DNA from: a virus
IMG/VR virus record: IMGVR_UViG_3300046690_000339
Location: 15,900 to 79,899 of that record
Length of the DNA: 64,000 nt
Strand: one strand, 5' to 3'
The position numbers and the translations under genes were made by a program. A model generated the notes under the pieces. It was not told the origin of the DNA. It did not search any database and saw only the letters and a program-made list of their open reading frames with translations. Positions 18,227-29,300 of this stretch are shown here, piece by piece; the first letter of the stretch is position 1; every line of letters begins with the position of its first letter.

Positions 18227-20530
18227 TTAAGCCGCTACCCTCAAGTTCACCGGATCAGCCGCATCCAGCGCCACATATTTTCTAGGCAGCATCAGCACGC
18301 GCGGATCGCGTTCGAGCCAGTGCGTCGCGCTTAAAACCTCGGCAATCTGTTTCGCCTTGGTCGATGTCATCACAATAGCAAGATCTACCGTAACCACGTT
18401 TTTCGATTCGCTGTTTAATCGACCTGACGAAACAACGTGACCGGTTTGATAGCTCGCATCCTGATCTTTAAACCGTACGTGGACAATGACAGGGAGTTCG
18501 CTTTCCTGCGAGCGCGTGATTTCCTGCACCGGCGGAAGAGCGGCGTTCAAGTCGAGCCGCGCCGCACAATCCCCCTGCAGTATCGTCGCCACGGCATTAT
18601 GTCCGCGCTTGCGGAAGTAAAGCATGTTGTCGCTTTCCGGCCCGTCATAGTAGGCATAGCGCTGGAGCGGTAGCGTGGCGTCGCGGCCTGTCATCTGCTG
18701 ATCGAGGGTGAAGCCGCGCACGCAATCGGTAAGCTCGGTGACGTTGAATTCGTTTTCTTCCATACCGCAAGCGATGCAGATATCACGCTGGATTTTCCAC
18801 AGCGGACAGCACAGACCCTCGGCACCCGGTGCCCAGGCATGAACGGTGAAGTCATAAAATCCCCAAGTGCCAAAATTCCCGGTGTACCAAATTCCATTTC
18901 GGACAAAGAGCGTACCGTCGAGGCCCGAGTTGACATGAGGAGTCGCCGATTGACCAAGAAAAGTTATTTCGCCATCGTTCCAATCCCAAAAGAGCGCCGA
19001 GCCGAAAGTCTGTCCGGTATTGCCAAAAAGTCTTATTCGGGTATCGCTCTCGACGAAAAAATTTCGGACTTTATTCGTGCCAAGATCGTAACTTTGCACA
19101 AGCGACATATCTTCGGGGTCGAACTTATAAAGCATCGCGTGCGCGAGAATATTTCCGAATGCGTCAAAATTGACTCCGCGCAAGGCCCACAAAAAGTCAT
19201 CGCCCATATTGATGCTGCTAAGACCGCCATGATCCGTCCAAAAGCTGTCGGCGATCTTACCGATCAATGCACCGCCATCCGCGTTGAATCGCTCGATCAG
19301 TGAAAATTTTCCTCCTGTCGGGACCCGACGCATCAAATAAAGATCGGTTCCCTTCTTCGCAAAGAAATCATAAGGCGGCTGCGGCGGCCCGATTGTTGTG
19401 ATAATTTTTCCTGCACGCACGAGCCAAGCTTTGCCGTCACTCGCGAAGAGCGCAGCCGGTTCGTCGCTGACTCCAGTCGCCATCACGCCGCCCAATTCGC
19501 TTGGGCTCGAATTGTCTGTAAAGACTGCCGGCGGTCGTTCTTCTTCGATGTATGATCCATCCGATAGCAGGCGAAACGCGCGAATGAAATACTCGCCTGC
19601 ATTGGGGCCGCTCGGAATGATGTCGGTATAGACTTGGCTCCCATGACCGACCATCATCAGAATTTCGCCGTTAGGATCGACATAGGACCAACTGCCGAAG
19701 CTACCGCTTGCGCCGCCCTCATCGGTCATCTGCCAGTAGCCTTTTTCCTGATAATTTTCATCGCCGTCCGTGTAGCACTCAAAAGAAAGATTCGGGATAG
19801 TCCCGTACTCCGTCGTCTCGAAATCTTGAAAGACGGCCAAGAATTGATTTCTATACGCCGTGGTATTACCGACGCCCTCGAAGGCTTCGATTAGCGCGGG
19901 CGGCAGCTGTTCTTCGTTGCCATCATAAAAAGTAACCGAGCCGGCGTTTCTGCCTTCGAGATTCTGCCCGGTGCCAATTAGGCTTTGCAGACTGGCATCC
20001 ATGCTGTGATCATAAATTAATTTTGGCCCGGCCCAGATTCGGATCACGCCACGGCAGTTCGACGCGCCATTTATCGCCACGGCAAAGTCGGCAAAGTACG
20101 TAAACGTTTCACCCGACGACCCACCTTTGCCCTTACCGCCGACGGTGTGCTTAAATGTGCGAATGCCACGACCGCCATGGCCGTCCGAGCCGATCCAGAT
20201 CAAATTTCCTGCCATGCGATCGACGCCCCAGAATCGTTTGATCGGCGAGCCGAATGCGGCCGATTGAATGTGTGCGTCTTTCAGGCGCGGTCCGGTTACG
20301 CTTTGGTTTGCGCCTTGGAATATTGAAAACAGAGTTGAACTTATTGACCACGCCAGTTGCGCACTGGTGAGAATCGAGCTTACCGACCACGTTGCGGCGG
20401 CGGCAGTAGCGCCGGCCGCAACCTCGGCAGCAACCGCGCTCGCCGCCGCCACTCCGGTCGTCGCAGCTGCGCCGCCAGCGCCAATCTCGGCGGCGGAGCC
20501 GACTGCCGCCATTATTGTAACAAAACTCAT
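18227..20530 (-). CDS. Tail tip (gp15/megatron-like, Phage-tail_3) protein, N-terminal part
   Basis: FGSPIKRFWG...GNLIW, YFADFAVAI, RIWAGPKLIY, AYR and ELPVIVHVRFKD motifs; ends at LDAADPVNLRVAA. Confidence 0.85.
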   Translation of the reverse strand: MSFVTIMAAVGSAAEIGAGGAAATTGVAAASAVAAEVAAGATAAAATWSVSSILTSAQLAWSISSTLFSIFQGANQSVTGPRLKDAHIQSAAFGSPIKRFWGVDRMAGNLIWIGSDGHGGRGIRTFKHTVGGKGKGGSSGETFTYFADFAVAINGASNCRGVIRIWAGPKLIYDHSMDASLQSLIGTGQNLEGRNAGSVTFYDGNEEQLPPALIEAFEGVGNTTAYRNQFLAVFQDFETTEYGTIPNLSFECYTDGDENYQEKGYWQMTDEGGASGSFGSWSYVDPNGEILMMVGHGSQVYTDIIPSGPNAGEYFIRAFRLLSDGSYIEEERPPAVFTDNSSPSELGGVMATGVSDEPAALFASDGKAWLVRAGKIITTIGPPQPPYDFFAKKGTDLYLMRRVPTGGKFSLIERFNADGGALIGKIADSFWTDHGGLSSINMGDDFLWALRGVNFDAFGNILAHAMLYKFDPEDMSLVQSYDLGTNKVRNFFVESDTRIRLFGNTGQTFGSALFWDWNDGEITFLGQSATPHVNSGLDGTLFVRNGIWYTGNFGTWGFYDFTVHAWAPGAEGLCCPLWKIQRDICIACGMEENEFNVTELTDCVRGFTLDQQMTGRDATLPLQRYAYYDGPESDNMLYFRKRGHNAVATILQGDCAARLDLNAALPPVQEITRSQESELPVIVHVRFKDQDASYQTGHVVSSGRLNSESKNVVTVDLAIVMTSTKAKQIAEVLSATHWLERDPRVLMLPRKYVALDAADPVNLRVAA

Positions 20531-21096
20531 TATTTGCCCTCGGTGATCATTGCGGTGAAATCCTCGATAGCGCGTCGAAGCTCAAGATCGGCGGCCGTCG
20601 AGAGCAATCCAATCTCTTCATAGTTCTCGGCGATTAATTCATCTTCGATCTCGTCAATGTGAGATTCGTCGCCAAATTTAGTTAGATGGACGGTAAGCCA
20701 AAGCGTATCTTCGAGCGCCATGCCAACGCGCTTGGTTCCTGCTTCTGCAATAAAAACATCGCCCGCCTCATAAGCTATTTTGCCCGCCTCGGTAAAAGTT
20801 GCTCCCTTGCCTTTGAGCACAACTGTCATTGTCGCATGTCGATGGATCTTCCCGAACGTGACCGAGCCTTTAGGAATAACCACCTTTCGACCATAGACGC
20901 AGCATCTATACTCTTCATGGATCGGCGTGAAGTAATGCGTTAGGATCGCTTGGTCGGCGATATCTGTGAGTTGACCATCCTCAATCGCTTGCGCGATATT
21001 CTTTTCGCTCTCCAAAATAATCTGGCGCATCTCGATGCGCTCTCGCGAATTGATCGCAGGTCGAAAATTTTCAATGACTGGAAGATGCTTACTCAT
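20530..21096 (-). CDS. Cupin-fold protein
   Basis: HYF...VYGR...IPKG...GKIHRH...GTKRVG...WLTVH. Confidence 0.7.
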   Translation of the reverse strand: MSKHLPVIENFRPAINSRERIEMRQIILESEKNIAQAIEDGQLTDIADQAILTHYFTPIHEEYRCCVYGRKVVIPKGSVTFGKIHRHATMTVVLKGKGATFTEAGKIAYEAGDVFIAEAGTKRVGMALEDTLWLTVHLTKFGDESHIDEIEDELIAENYEEIGLLSTAADLELRRAIEDFTAMITEGK

Positions 21097-21517
21097 CTTC
21101 GAGTCCTTTATATCGATAGATTGCTACGATTCGGGTTTCTAGCATTGACTCGATCGGCGCTTCTTCGACATCCCGGTAATTCACCGCCTGAATCAGCGTA
21201 TTGCGAAACGTCAATATTCCAAGGTGCTGCGCATGATCGACCGAACGCATCCACGGAATATCACCAGGTAGGCGCTCATCTTTCGGCACGCGCAGAAACA
21301 ACCGATCAAGCGCGCCTTTCATCTTGATCGGGTCCGGCTGGCGCCCGTAGCCTTTGATGTCTGCCGAGCCGTCGTGCGGCAAGCATCCGCAGGTCAAGCC
21401 GACGCCGAGTACTATGCCGGCGCAATCGACGCCGACAGATTTCAAACGACCCTGGTGTGCCCAAGGAGTTCCCTTCCAGGTCATTGCTTCGGCGACTATT
21501 TCATTGCGCGTCGGCAT
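21089..21517 (-). CDS. NlpC/P60 tail peptidase (gp14-like)
   Basis: WKGTPWAHQG...GVDCAG...HLGI. Confidence 0.9.
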   Translation of the reverse strand: MPTRNEIVAEAMTWKGTPWAHQGRLKSVGVDCAGIVLGVGLTCGCLPHDGSADIKGYGRQPDPIKMKGALDRLFLRVPKDERLPGDIPWMRSVDHAQHLGILTFRNTLIQAVNYRDVEEAPIESMLETRIVAIYRYKGLEDE

Positions 21518-21995
21518 TGATCATCTTGCTTATCGTCTTAATCCAAACAGCATCAGGTCGACGCAGTAGCCGACGATGTTCTTCGCTGACCGGCGTTCCT
21601 TCCCAATTGAGGCCGACCGAGGTCAATGTCCTTCCATTCTTCCATTCCTGCAAACTTAAAAACGTCCCGCCATTAGGCACGTCGCCGACGCGGTGCCAAT
21701 CATCCGGCCCGACGTGATACTGCGCGCTCCAATTGGCTTTGCCGTTTGAAAGGTCTTTTCCATTGACGATCAAAGGGACATGGTCGGACATGCAGTATTC
21801 AATGCTGTCCACATCGGGATGCCTGTGGTCACGCGGGAATCCGAGGTTAGGGCGGATCATAAAAAGCTCGGCCTGAAATTGGCCCAAGCGAAACAAGATT
21901 TGTGAAAGCACTGAGCCATAATCGTAAAACTCCAAAGCGCGCAAATCGCCCAGCGGTTGGGCAATAAATAGTGGTACAAAACTCTCAAATTTCAT
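21501..21995 (-). CDS. Cupin-fold protein
   Basis: HRHPDVDSIE...WH...GGTFLSLQEW. Confidence 0.65.
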   Translation of the reverse strand: MKFESFVPLFIAQPLGDLRALEFYDYGSVLSQILFRLGQFQAELFMIRPNLGFPRDHRHPDVDSIEYCMSDHVPLIVNGKDLSNGKANWSAQYHVGPDDWHRVGDVPNGGTFLSLQEWKNGRTLTSVGLNWEGTPVSEEHRRLLRRPDAVWIKTISKMINADAQ

Positions 21996-24826
21996 TGCGG
22001 CCTATCCGGCGTAAGTAAGGCAACATCCGTTCCGGGCGTCTCATCCTCTGCCCTCCGGTTATAAATATTTCTAAACTTAAATTTACACATCGCCTTTGAA
22101 AGATCGCAGCCCGCGCTGGCGACATACTCATCGCCCAGCTCAATATCGAACGGCATGCGCTCGAACAATTCAAATTGCCCAGGCCCGGCCAGAATATTGC
22201 CGTCCACCGTCGCATCGGCGATCACGCTGCCAACCGTGATCTCGGTCTGATCGGTCCCGATGTTATAGAAAACAGCGACGACATTGTATTCGGTATCATT
22301 CCCGGTGGATCCCGCGACCGCCAGGCGCTGGCCCACAATAAAATTCGCCGATACATCGCCATCAAGCATAAACTTAAAAGCGCCTTGATTGACTGCGACG
22401 ACCGGATACTGAGCCAGGGTAAATTCCTTTATCTCCTGCGTTATGCCGACGTTCAAACCCGTCAGGAAAGTAAGCAACCCGTTGGTAAAAAATCCGCTTG
22501 CCAGAGCATTCGGCGCAGCAACCGTACCGCCTGCGCGGTCATCCGGTATCGTCTCGGCAACGGCGATCCTTGTCCGCCCAGATACCAGCGATGAAACCGT
22601 GACGGTATATGTCGCATCGTTGGCAATCGATTCCGTCACGGCAAAGGTCGTACCTGGCAAAAAGACGCGGGTTAAGTCGCCGCCCTCAATCTCAAAATAG
22701 TTGCCGCTGACACTGGCAGCAACTATCGCGAATAAAGCAATCTGCGTATTGATGCCGATCCCGGTCGTCGGCGGTTCATAGCGCCCGCTGTCTTGAAAGA
22801 ATCTTCTATTGATCGCGCCGGTAACCGAGCCGAATACTTCCAGCGCGAGGATTGCCCGCCAGGTTACGCTGCCATCGGTTGTCGTCGCGCCGACTGCCAG
22901 ATTCCAAGCGGGCTCGGTCTGCGGCGCAGGATATATTGCCGAAGTTCCAGCTATCGTGCATTCAAAATGCCGACCGTTGTAAATATTCGGTTTGACCACC
23001 GAACCGATCGCCGCGTCGTTTGGCGGTCGCACCGTATAAGCAGTCTCGCTACGCCAAAAAGGCGGATCGATCCTCACCTTGCAGCCGAACCGCTGCTTCT
23101 TGTAATCATGCGCACCAGTACCATCGCCGACATCATCGCCCACGCGCGCGCGGCAGAGCTTGCTGATCAGGTCGCCGAAAGTCTGTTGCAGAAAATATTG
23201 CTTCCCGCGCGTCTCAGCTTCAAAGGTGCCGCGCTTAGATTTGATTTGCCCGATGCCGCCAGAGCTTGGCAGAAAATATTTGCCCATCGACAGGTCTTCA
23301 TAATTGACCAAAAAAAGCTCATCGCGCGCGTTGTCGAAGCGACCGATCTCGATATCTTCGTCAGTTAAAACCCCCTTGATCAAAAAGCCGAGTTGGTTCG
23401 CAATCGCTTTGTTAGCCATGATGCCGACGAGCTCGCTGTTGTCCACGGACAGATCGGCGCCGCCCTTGATTGACCGTGGCGCATAGCCGGCAGCGGCGCG
23501 ATAGGTCAAACCGCCAGCAAATTGCCTGACTGTGCTTTGGATGGAAATCGACCCGTTGATATTGTAAGCAATCACGACGACGAGCGTCTGTCCTGGTGGA
23601 AGCGGCACTGAACCGGTCGGCGGCAAGCCAGTACCGACACCGGGTATATCGACCGTGTCGCCATCGCTGCCATAATCGATCGTGCCTCCACCTCCTGGCG
23701 GCAGCGGATTCGGCGTGACTACTACGACTGGAGTCGGCAGATCCTCGCCGCCGAATTCAAGCGCTCCCGCGTCAGGAGAAGAACCGGTATAGGCAACCCC
23801 ATCAACGATCACGCCGAAATCGATCGCTGGAGATCCGAGCGTTAAATGGAAGTCGTCGCTACCGGGACTTAAAAAAAAAGGGTCGGTCATCAGATTGTGG
23901 TCTTCAATAGTGCCTGTTCCGCCATCCACGATCACATCCGTAGTGTTCTGGTAGAAAATATTGTTGCGGTAAGTAAGGTTCGATCCTTCAATCGAGATGC
24001 CACCGACGTTTTGGACAATCGTATTGTTGTAGACTTTATTGTCGTTACGGCGAATCACAAACCCGAAATAGCAATCACGGACGATGTTGCCGTAAGCTAT
24101 GTTGTTGTTTCCAGAAAATAAAATACCGGCTTCGTTAGCGGCAAACCCTTCGTCGTAAACCCTGCAACTTCTTACTACATAATTGTTTGCCTCAGCCGGG
24201 TTGCCGTTATCGTAGATGTGAACCCCATAGCCCACATTGGTATGGATATCACAATTATCGACTAGGCCGTCATTCCCGCCCAGATACAGACCGTGACAAA
24301 ACCCGATGGTTGGCCCCAAAGCTTTACCGTTATCGTGAATGTGGCAAGCTATATATTCATTATGATGCGTAAGCTGCGACTCCAGAACTCCCGAGCCTTG
24401 CGCATTCTTTAGCTCGCAGCCTCTTAACCTGATATGATGACTGGTGGTTGAAAGTGTCGGGTTATTTGGTCCGGTAATCTTCACGCACTCCAGCTCTGCA
24501 CCACTCGTCCCGTCTATAACGAGCCCGTTGATTTCTATGTAATGCTGCGATGCTCCGTTGACCTGTTGGAAATGCAAAACCCGATCGCCTGAAGAGGGCT
24601 GTAGCGTTACAGCTTCGCCGTTGTAGTTAGAAACTAAAGTGAAATCGCTCCAGCTTGTCCCCGAAGGGAGGCTGTCAAGGATGCTTTCGACATACACGCC
24701 CGTCCGGATGTACAACGTATCGCCACCGCTCAGCAATCCGATACCGGCAGCAATCGTCAGCTTTGGCTGAGCGAGGCTGCCTGGATTGCCATCGTTGCCC
24801 GTCTTAGCGACGTAATAAATAGCCAT
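21992..24826 (-). CDS. Beta-helix domain fused to the C-terminal part of the DUF2163/BR0599 baseplate hub
   Basis: YYVAKTGND...PDAGALEF beta-helix, then TYRAAAG...DLSVDN...GRFDNA...CRARVGD...GCD...C..KF. Confidence 0.85.
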   Translation of the reverse strand: MAIYYVAKTGNDGNPGSLAQPKLTIAAGIGLLSGGDTLYIRTGVYVESILDSLPSGTSWSDFTLVSNYNGEAVTLQPSSGDRVLHFQQVNGASQHYIEINGLVIDGTSGAELECVKITGPNNPTLSTTSHHIRLRGCELKNAQGSGVLESQLTHHNEYIACHIHDNGKALGPTIGFCHGLYLGGNDGLVDNCDIHTNVGYGVHIYDNGNPAEANNYVVRSCRVYDEGFAANEAGILFSGNNNIAYGNIVRDCYFGFVIRRNDNKVYNNTIVQNVGGISIEGSNLTYRNNIFYQNTTDVIVDGGTGTIEDHNLMTDPFFLSPGSDDFHLTLGSPAIDFGVIVDGVAYTGSSPDAGALEFGGEDLPTPVVVVTPNPLPPGGGGTIDYGSDGDTVDIPGVGTGLPPTGSVPLPPGQTLVVVIAYNINGSISIQSTVRQFAGGLTYRAAAGYAPRSIKGGADLSVDNSELVGIMANKAIANQLGFLIKGVLTDEDIEIGRFDNARDELFLVNYEDLSMGKYFLPSSGGIGQIKSKRGTFEAETRGKQYFLQQTFGDLISKLCRARVGDDVGDGTGAHDYKKQRFGCKVRIDPPFWRSETAYTVRPPNDAAIGSVVKPNIYNGRHFECTIAGTSAIYPAPQTEPAWNLAVGATTTDGSVTWRAILALEVFGSVTGAINRRFFQDSGRYEPPTTGIGINTQIALFAIVAASVSGNYFEIEGGDLTRVFLPGTTFAVTESIANDATYTVTVSSLVSGRTRIAVAETIPDDRAGGTVAAPNALASGFFTNGLLTFLTGLNVGITQEIKEFTLAQYPVVAVNQGAFKFMLDGDVSANFIVGQRLAVAGSTGNDTEYNVVAVFYNIGTDQTEITVGSVIADATVDGNILAGPGQFELFERMPFDIELGDEYVASAGCDLSKAMCKFKFRNIYNRRAEDETPGTDVALLTPDRPQ

Positions 24827-25188
24827 TAGAGACCTATCTCCAGATTGCGATTGAAGTTAGTAAACCCGATCACACGCCTTGCCTCGCCTTTTCCTTGGTA
24901 AAAATTAAAGCTCGTCGAGTCTTCATTGATCTGAAAAAAGTAGTCACTGACCTTGAGGATCGGAAATTCTCTAAAGTTCAATTCCGTCATGCCTCGCACA
25001 TTCATTATTTTGACGACATCGCCGTCGACGTAGCCGTGCGGCCATAGCGTTTGGATCAAACAAGGATCGCTGTTGTAAATTCTGAGAATCCGCGGCTGAT
25101 GCTTGACCAGAATCAATTTGACACACATTGCTAAGGACGTACGCTCTTGCCTGACATGCCGCACCATCGCTTCACTGCTCGATTTCAT
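24826..25188 (-). CDS. N-terminal fragment of the DUF2163 hub with an inserted beta-domain
   Basis: MKSSSEAMVRH...TSLAMCVKL...IGFTNFNRNL resembles the DUF2163 N-terminus. Confidence 0.7.
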   Translation of the reverse strand: MKSSSEAMVRHVRQERTSLAMCVKLILVKHQPRILRIYNSDPCLIQTLWPHGYVDGDVVKIMNVRGMTELNFREFPILKVSDYFFQINEDSTSFNFYQGKGEARRVIGFTNFNRNLEIGL

Positions 25189-26345
25189 AAGTCATCCACC
25201 ACTCGCAACTCGATCACCGGCAGCTCAACGCCCGCCGCTTCCCACGCGACAAACGTCATCGGAATAGAATCGGTATCGAAGCGCACCGGGCAATCAAACT
25301 CGAATCCCGCGGTCACGCGCTCAGCTACGGTGAAAGTCCCGCCGCCTGAATAGGTCGTATAGAGCACCGAATTTTTATTGATGCGAAAGGTAGTAGGCGA
25401 TGGCGTCTCGACTACAATTGCTTCTACGGTGTTAAGTTGCGTCATGCCACCGATAGAAGCGAACACGCCGACATCGCCTGGCACCAGATTGTGAGCGCCG
25501 GATGTCGTCACCAAAGCACGGACGTGCTTGCTGATCGCCGTGATAGAAAGGATCGACGAGACGGATTGGCGCTGAGTGTTGATTGTGCCGCCCGAAGTAA
25601 ACGCGGTGAAGCCGGTGGAATTGATATCGACGGTGATATGCGTCGAATCGCCGACCGCTGTCACCTTGCCGCGCAGGCCGCGAATCTGTGTAGTGCCGCC
25701 GACCGTCATGGAGAAATGGACCGAGTCATTGATTGAAAGGCCATGCGCGGCACTGGTTTCCACGATCGTAGTCGCGCCCAGCGTCAGGCCGGTGATTGTC
25801 TTTTGAACATTCGCGCCGAGTGTCACGCGCCCGATTGTTTCGTGACCTTCGAGCGCCTGCGTTTCTGGCACATAGGACAGATTCCAGCCGCTGCTCGGGA
25901 TCTCCACGCCTTGGATCGCAATCGAGACCGTCCCAATGACCGGCTTGGCGATGAACCGGCGCGTCGCGAGGAAGCCTACATAATACGTTTTCATCAACTG
26001 GAACTGATCCGTGGTCGTCGTATTAATACTGATCACCTGATCGAAAGCCGAGGTCGTATTGCGAACGAAATGCGCAGTGCGGCGAACGCTCTGGTAATCA
26101 TTCCAATCGCGATAGCGAAACCCGTGCGTGCGACCCTTAACCGCGCTGAAGAAGTCGAGCACCGTTGTAACCTTATCGAGTTCGCGGACTCCGTAGCCGA
26201 TATTCCACGTGCCGCGCGATTGATCCCAATATTGATTGCGTTGCTCGAAGCCGCTTTCGAGGATAGCAACATCGGTGTTGAAGCCAGGTCCACCCGGCTT
26301 GTTGAAGCCGATGTCCGTCGGAAATCTCACGCTTTCCAAAAACAT
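25185..26345 (-). CDS. DUF2460 distal tail protein (gp12-like) with two inserted beta-domains
   Basis: FPTDI...GGPGFNT...SGFEQRN...GFRYRDWND; AGFEFDCPVRFDTD. Confidence 0.9.
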   Translation of the reverse strand: MFLESVRFPTDIGFNKPGGPGFNTDVAILESGFEQRNQYWDQSRGTWNIGYGVRELDKVTTVLDFFSAVKGRTHGFRYRDWNDYQSVRRTAHFVRNTTSAFDQVISINTTTTDQFQLMKTYYVGFLATRRFIAKPVIGTVSIAIQGVEIPSSGWNLSYVPETQALEGHETIGRVTLGANVQKTITGLTLGATTIVETSAAHGLSINDSVHFSMTVGGTTQIRGLRGKVTAVGDSTHITVDINSTGFTAFTSGGTINTQRQSVSSILSITAISKHVRALVTTSGAHNLVPGDVGVFASIGGMTQLNTVEAIVVETPSPTTFRINKNSVLYTTYSGGGTFTVAERVTAGFEFDCPVRFDTDSIPMTFVAWEAAGVELPVIELRVVDDL

Positions 26346-29300
26346 CAGCGGTTCCTCTTGCCAGATTCCATGGCGGCGGCTAGTTGAGCGCTGGCCTGGC
26401 CGACCGATTGACGGTTTTGAAATTGCGGGTTGTTGAAAATCGCGACGTTGGCGGACGGCCCGTTGTTAATTCCGCGTGAGCCTCCCGGCAACATTAGCGA
26501 TGCTTGCGGAATTGTTCCCGCTTGAAAGGTCGTCGATGATGGCGCGTCCGTCCTGCCCGACGACCATTGGGGAATGGAACCGATATCGTTGGAATCGATC
26601 AGGCCGCCTGTGCTGAACTCGCGAATCATCCCGCCGAAATGAAATCGCGGCGTCACCGTGGCCTCGGCGCGGTTCAGCTTTTGGAGCTTGTCCGCACCGA
26701 TTGTCATCGCCGTTTTTTTGTTGATGACGAACTCGCCATCCTCGGCGATAATCATGCGCTCGCCGGGCTTTAAGTCCGTGCCCTTCACGCCTCCGTGCGA
26801 CATTTGTCCGCCACTGTGGAATCGTGGGAGATTTTGCGATGAAGCAAGAGAAACGGAGCGAGTAAAAGTTGGCGAATGACCAATGATGCCGCCGCGGTGA
26901 TATCCTAGCGCGAGCAGACCGCCGCCGACGGCTTGTGCCCCTGTATCGGCCGCCGCGCCGCCACTGCTAAAAAGAGAACCAAGAAGAGGAATGCTACTCG
27001 CCAGATTGCTTCCATTAGAACCAACGCTATTGGCAGCCCCAGCCGCTTCGATCGCCGTGATAGCGACAGCCTGCAATGCGGCTATGCTCGCTTCCGTCGC
27101 CGCGCCAAGCGTAGTGATTGTCGTTTCTGCAACACCGAGACCGGCCTGAATCCCGGTCATCGATTCCGTCGATACTGCCTGAATACTCGTCTGTGTAGTT
27201 AGCCCGGTAGTTTGTATCGCCGCCGACGCTTCGGTCGCGACGGTTTGAATTGCTATTATCGCCGGCTGAGTCTGGCTAGCTGCACCGGCAATCTGTCCGG
27301 CTGCACCTGGAATACCTACGCTCTGCCCTGCCGGTATTGCGCCGGGAATGGGCAGCTTGAGAAACCCGCCGAATAGATCGTTGGTCTGTTTCTTGATCCA
27401 CTCTTCAAACGGCTTCGTTATCAGTGCGTCGGTGATGGCCCGGTTGATGTTGCTGGCAAGCCTTTTCGCTACGTCCTTGATCTTGGCGCCGTCGGCCAGA
27501 TCGGTCAGCGCGTCAATAGCGGATCTGCCGATATCCTGAAATGCTTGAGCAAAATGCTCGGCGGCTTTGGCGTCTTCGAGCTGGGCTTTTACTACTTCAA
27601 TTTCTGGACTGAGAGGCTTGAAGCCTTCCGCCCTGAGACGTTTGAGAGCTTCGGTTAGCGCGTTGATGCTTTCGCTCGGCAGATCAATCGCACCGCCGAG
27701 GATTTCGGCGTCCGCTCTGATATCTTCGAGATTCTTTTGCAGGTTCGAAAATATGTCGGCGACTTTGAGGTTTCGTAGTTGCTCAGCTAGTTGTTTCGCT
27801 TCTTCAACTGAGGATTTTAAACCGCCTGAAGCCATCTGTGCTAAATGACTTTGAACGACTTGCACGCGCGCACCGGAGAGATCGAAAGTCCGTCCTAACA
27901 ACGCCGCCTGGACGTTTGCGATTTCCAGTTCACGGTCGACATCCTCAAAGGGTTTGGCGAGTTGTTTTTGATCAAGCTGGGCGCTGAGCTTATTGACTAA
28001 GTCGTGCGCTTCGGGAGTTTTATCAGCGCCTCTATCAACCTTCAGTGCGTTTGCAAGTTGAGTTTTTAAGGATTCAATCTTCGCTGCGGATTCGTCGAAT
28101 GAGTTGGCAAAAACTTTATTAACAGCATCGGCGGTGCGTTCGGCAGATTCAAAATCAATAAGAACCTGCTCCTTGATTGTCTTTAACTTTGAAGTATCGA
28201 GCTGCGGTTCAATTTCTAGCTTTGCGTTTATAGCTAAATTTTTGACTACTGGGCTGGTAAACTTATCGGCAATTATTTTATCAAGCGCGTCACTTGCCTT
28301 TTGTAATGCATCCGTGTTGATACCAGAGATATTTGTCGAAATGTCCCCAGGTTTATTTTTTATTTCGGCGAGATTTTGTTCGCTCTCTAAAGTATTCTTA
28401 ATCTGCGGAATCTCAGCTTCCGCAAGAGCCTTGTGTAATTCTCGTTGCTCTTTAGCAGCTTTGCGCGCAGCATCGCCCATATTGCCGAGCTTCGCGTTAG
28501 CGATTTCGTAAGACAGCGCAAGGTCATCGGCAGATGCTTTGCCTTCGACCATCGTGGCGATTTGTATTTTTAGAGCTTGATTTCCCTTGGTGAGTTGATC
28601 GGCGAATTGTGCTTGCTGAAGTTCAAGACTTACCTTTTTAAATTTTTCTAACTGTGCAACAAATTCCGCATTGGCCGTAGTGAGATCAATCAATCCGGCT
28701 TTGGTCACAAGCGCGGCGGCTGCGTTGGCGATCTGCGCTTCCTTGCTCGCCGTAAGCCCAAGCACCTGCGAGCGTAAACTTTCGATTGTCTCATCAAGAG
28801 ATTTTTTGAATTGGATTTGATTGTCGGTTTCTTGTGGACCGACACTAAGTTTGGCTATTTCACTGGGCGTGCCGAATGTCGCCTTGGACAAATCGATAGG
28901 TCTTGCACTGATTGGTGCGGGGAAATTTCGGAATGTCGTTGATTGCTTCGCGGCTTCAAGCTCCGCTTGCGGTGACGCTGGAACTTCTGATGCCGCCTTG
29001 TTCTGCGCAATCAGTGCCGCCACATCTTCGCGAGTAGGCCCGAACGCAGGTAATTTCTCTCGCAGCTTATCTATTTTATCAATAACAAGATCAACGGCCT
29101 TGCCGATTTTTACAAAAAGGTCGAAAACCTCTAAAATTCGGACAGCCGCAAGAGCTTCCAGACTTATCTTGGCTCTATCAAAGGCCGCCGTTACGCTGTT
29201 AATCGCTGCGATCTGCTCACTAGTGACGAGCGGCTTTTCTGCTTGAATACCCTCTATTCCACCGCGTTTCTCGATCCCAGCAAATGCCGCCGCCAATTGT

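Noticed and set aside
2776-18227. Stop-codon reassignment suggested by in-frame TAA-ATG joints
   Set aside because: TAA, TAG and TGA all end well-defined genes elsewhere; the joints are ordinary translational coupling.
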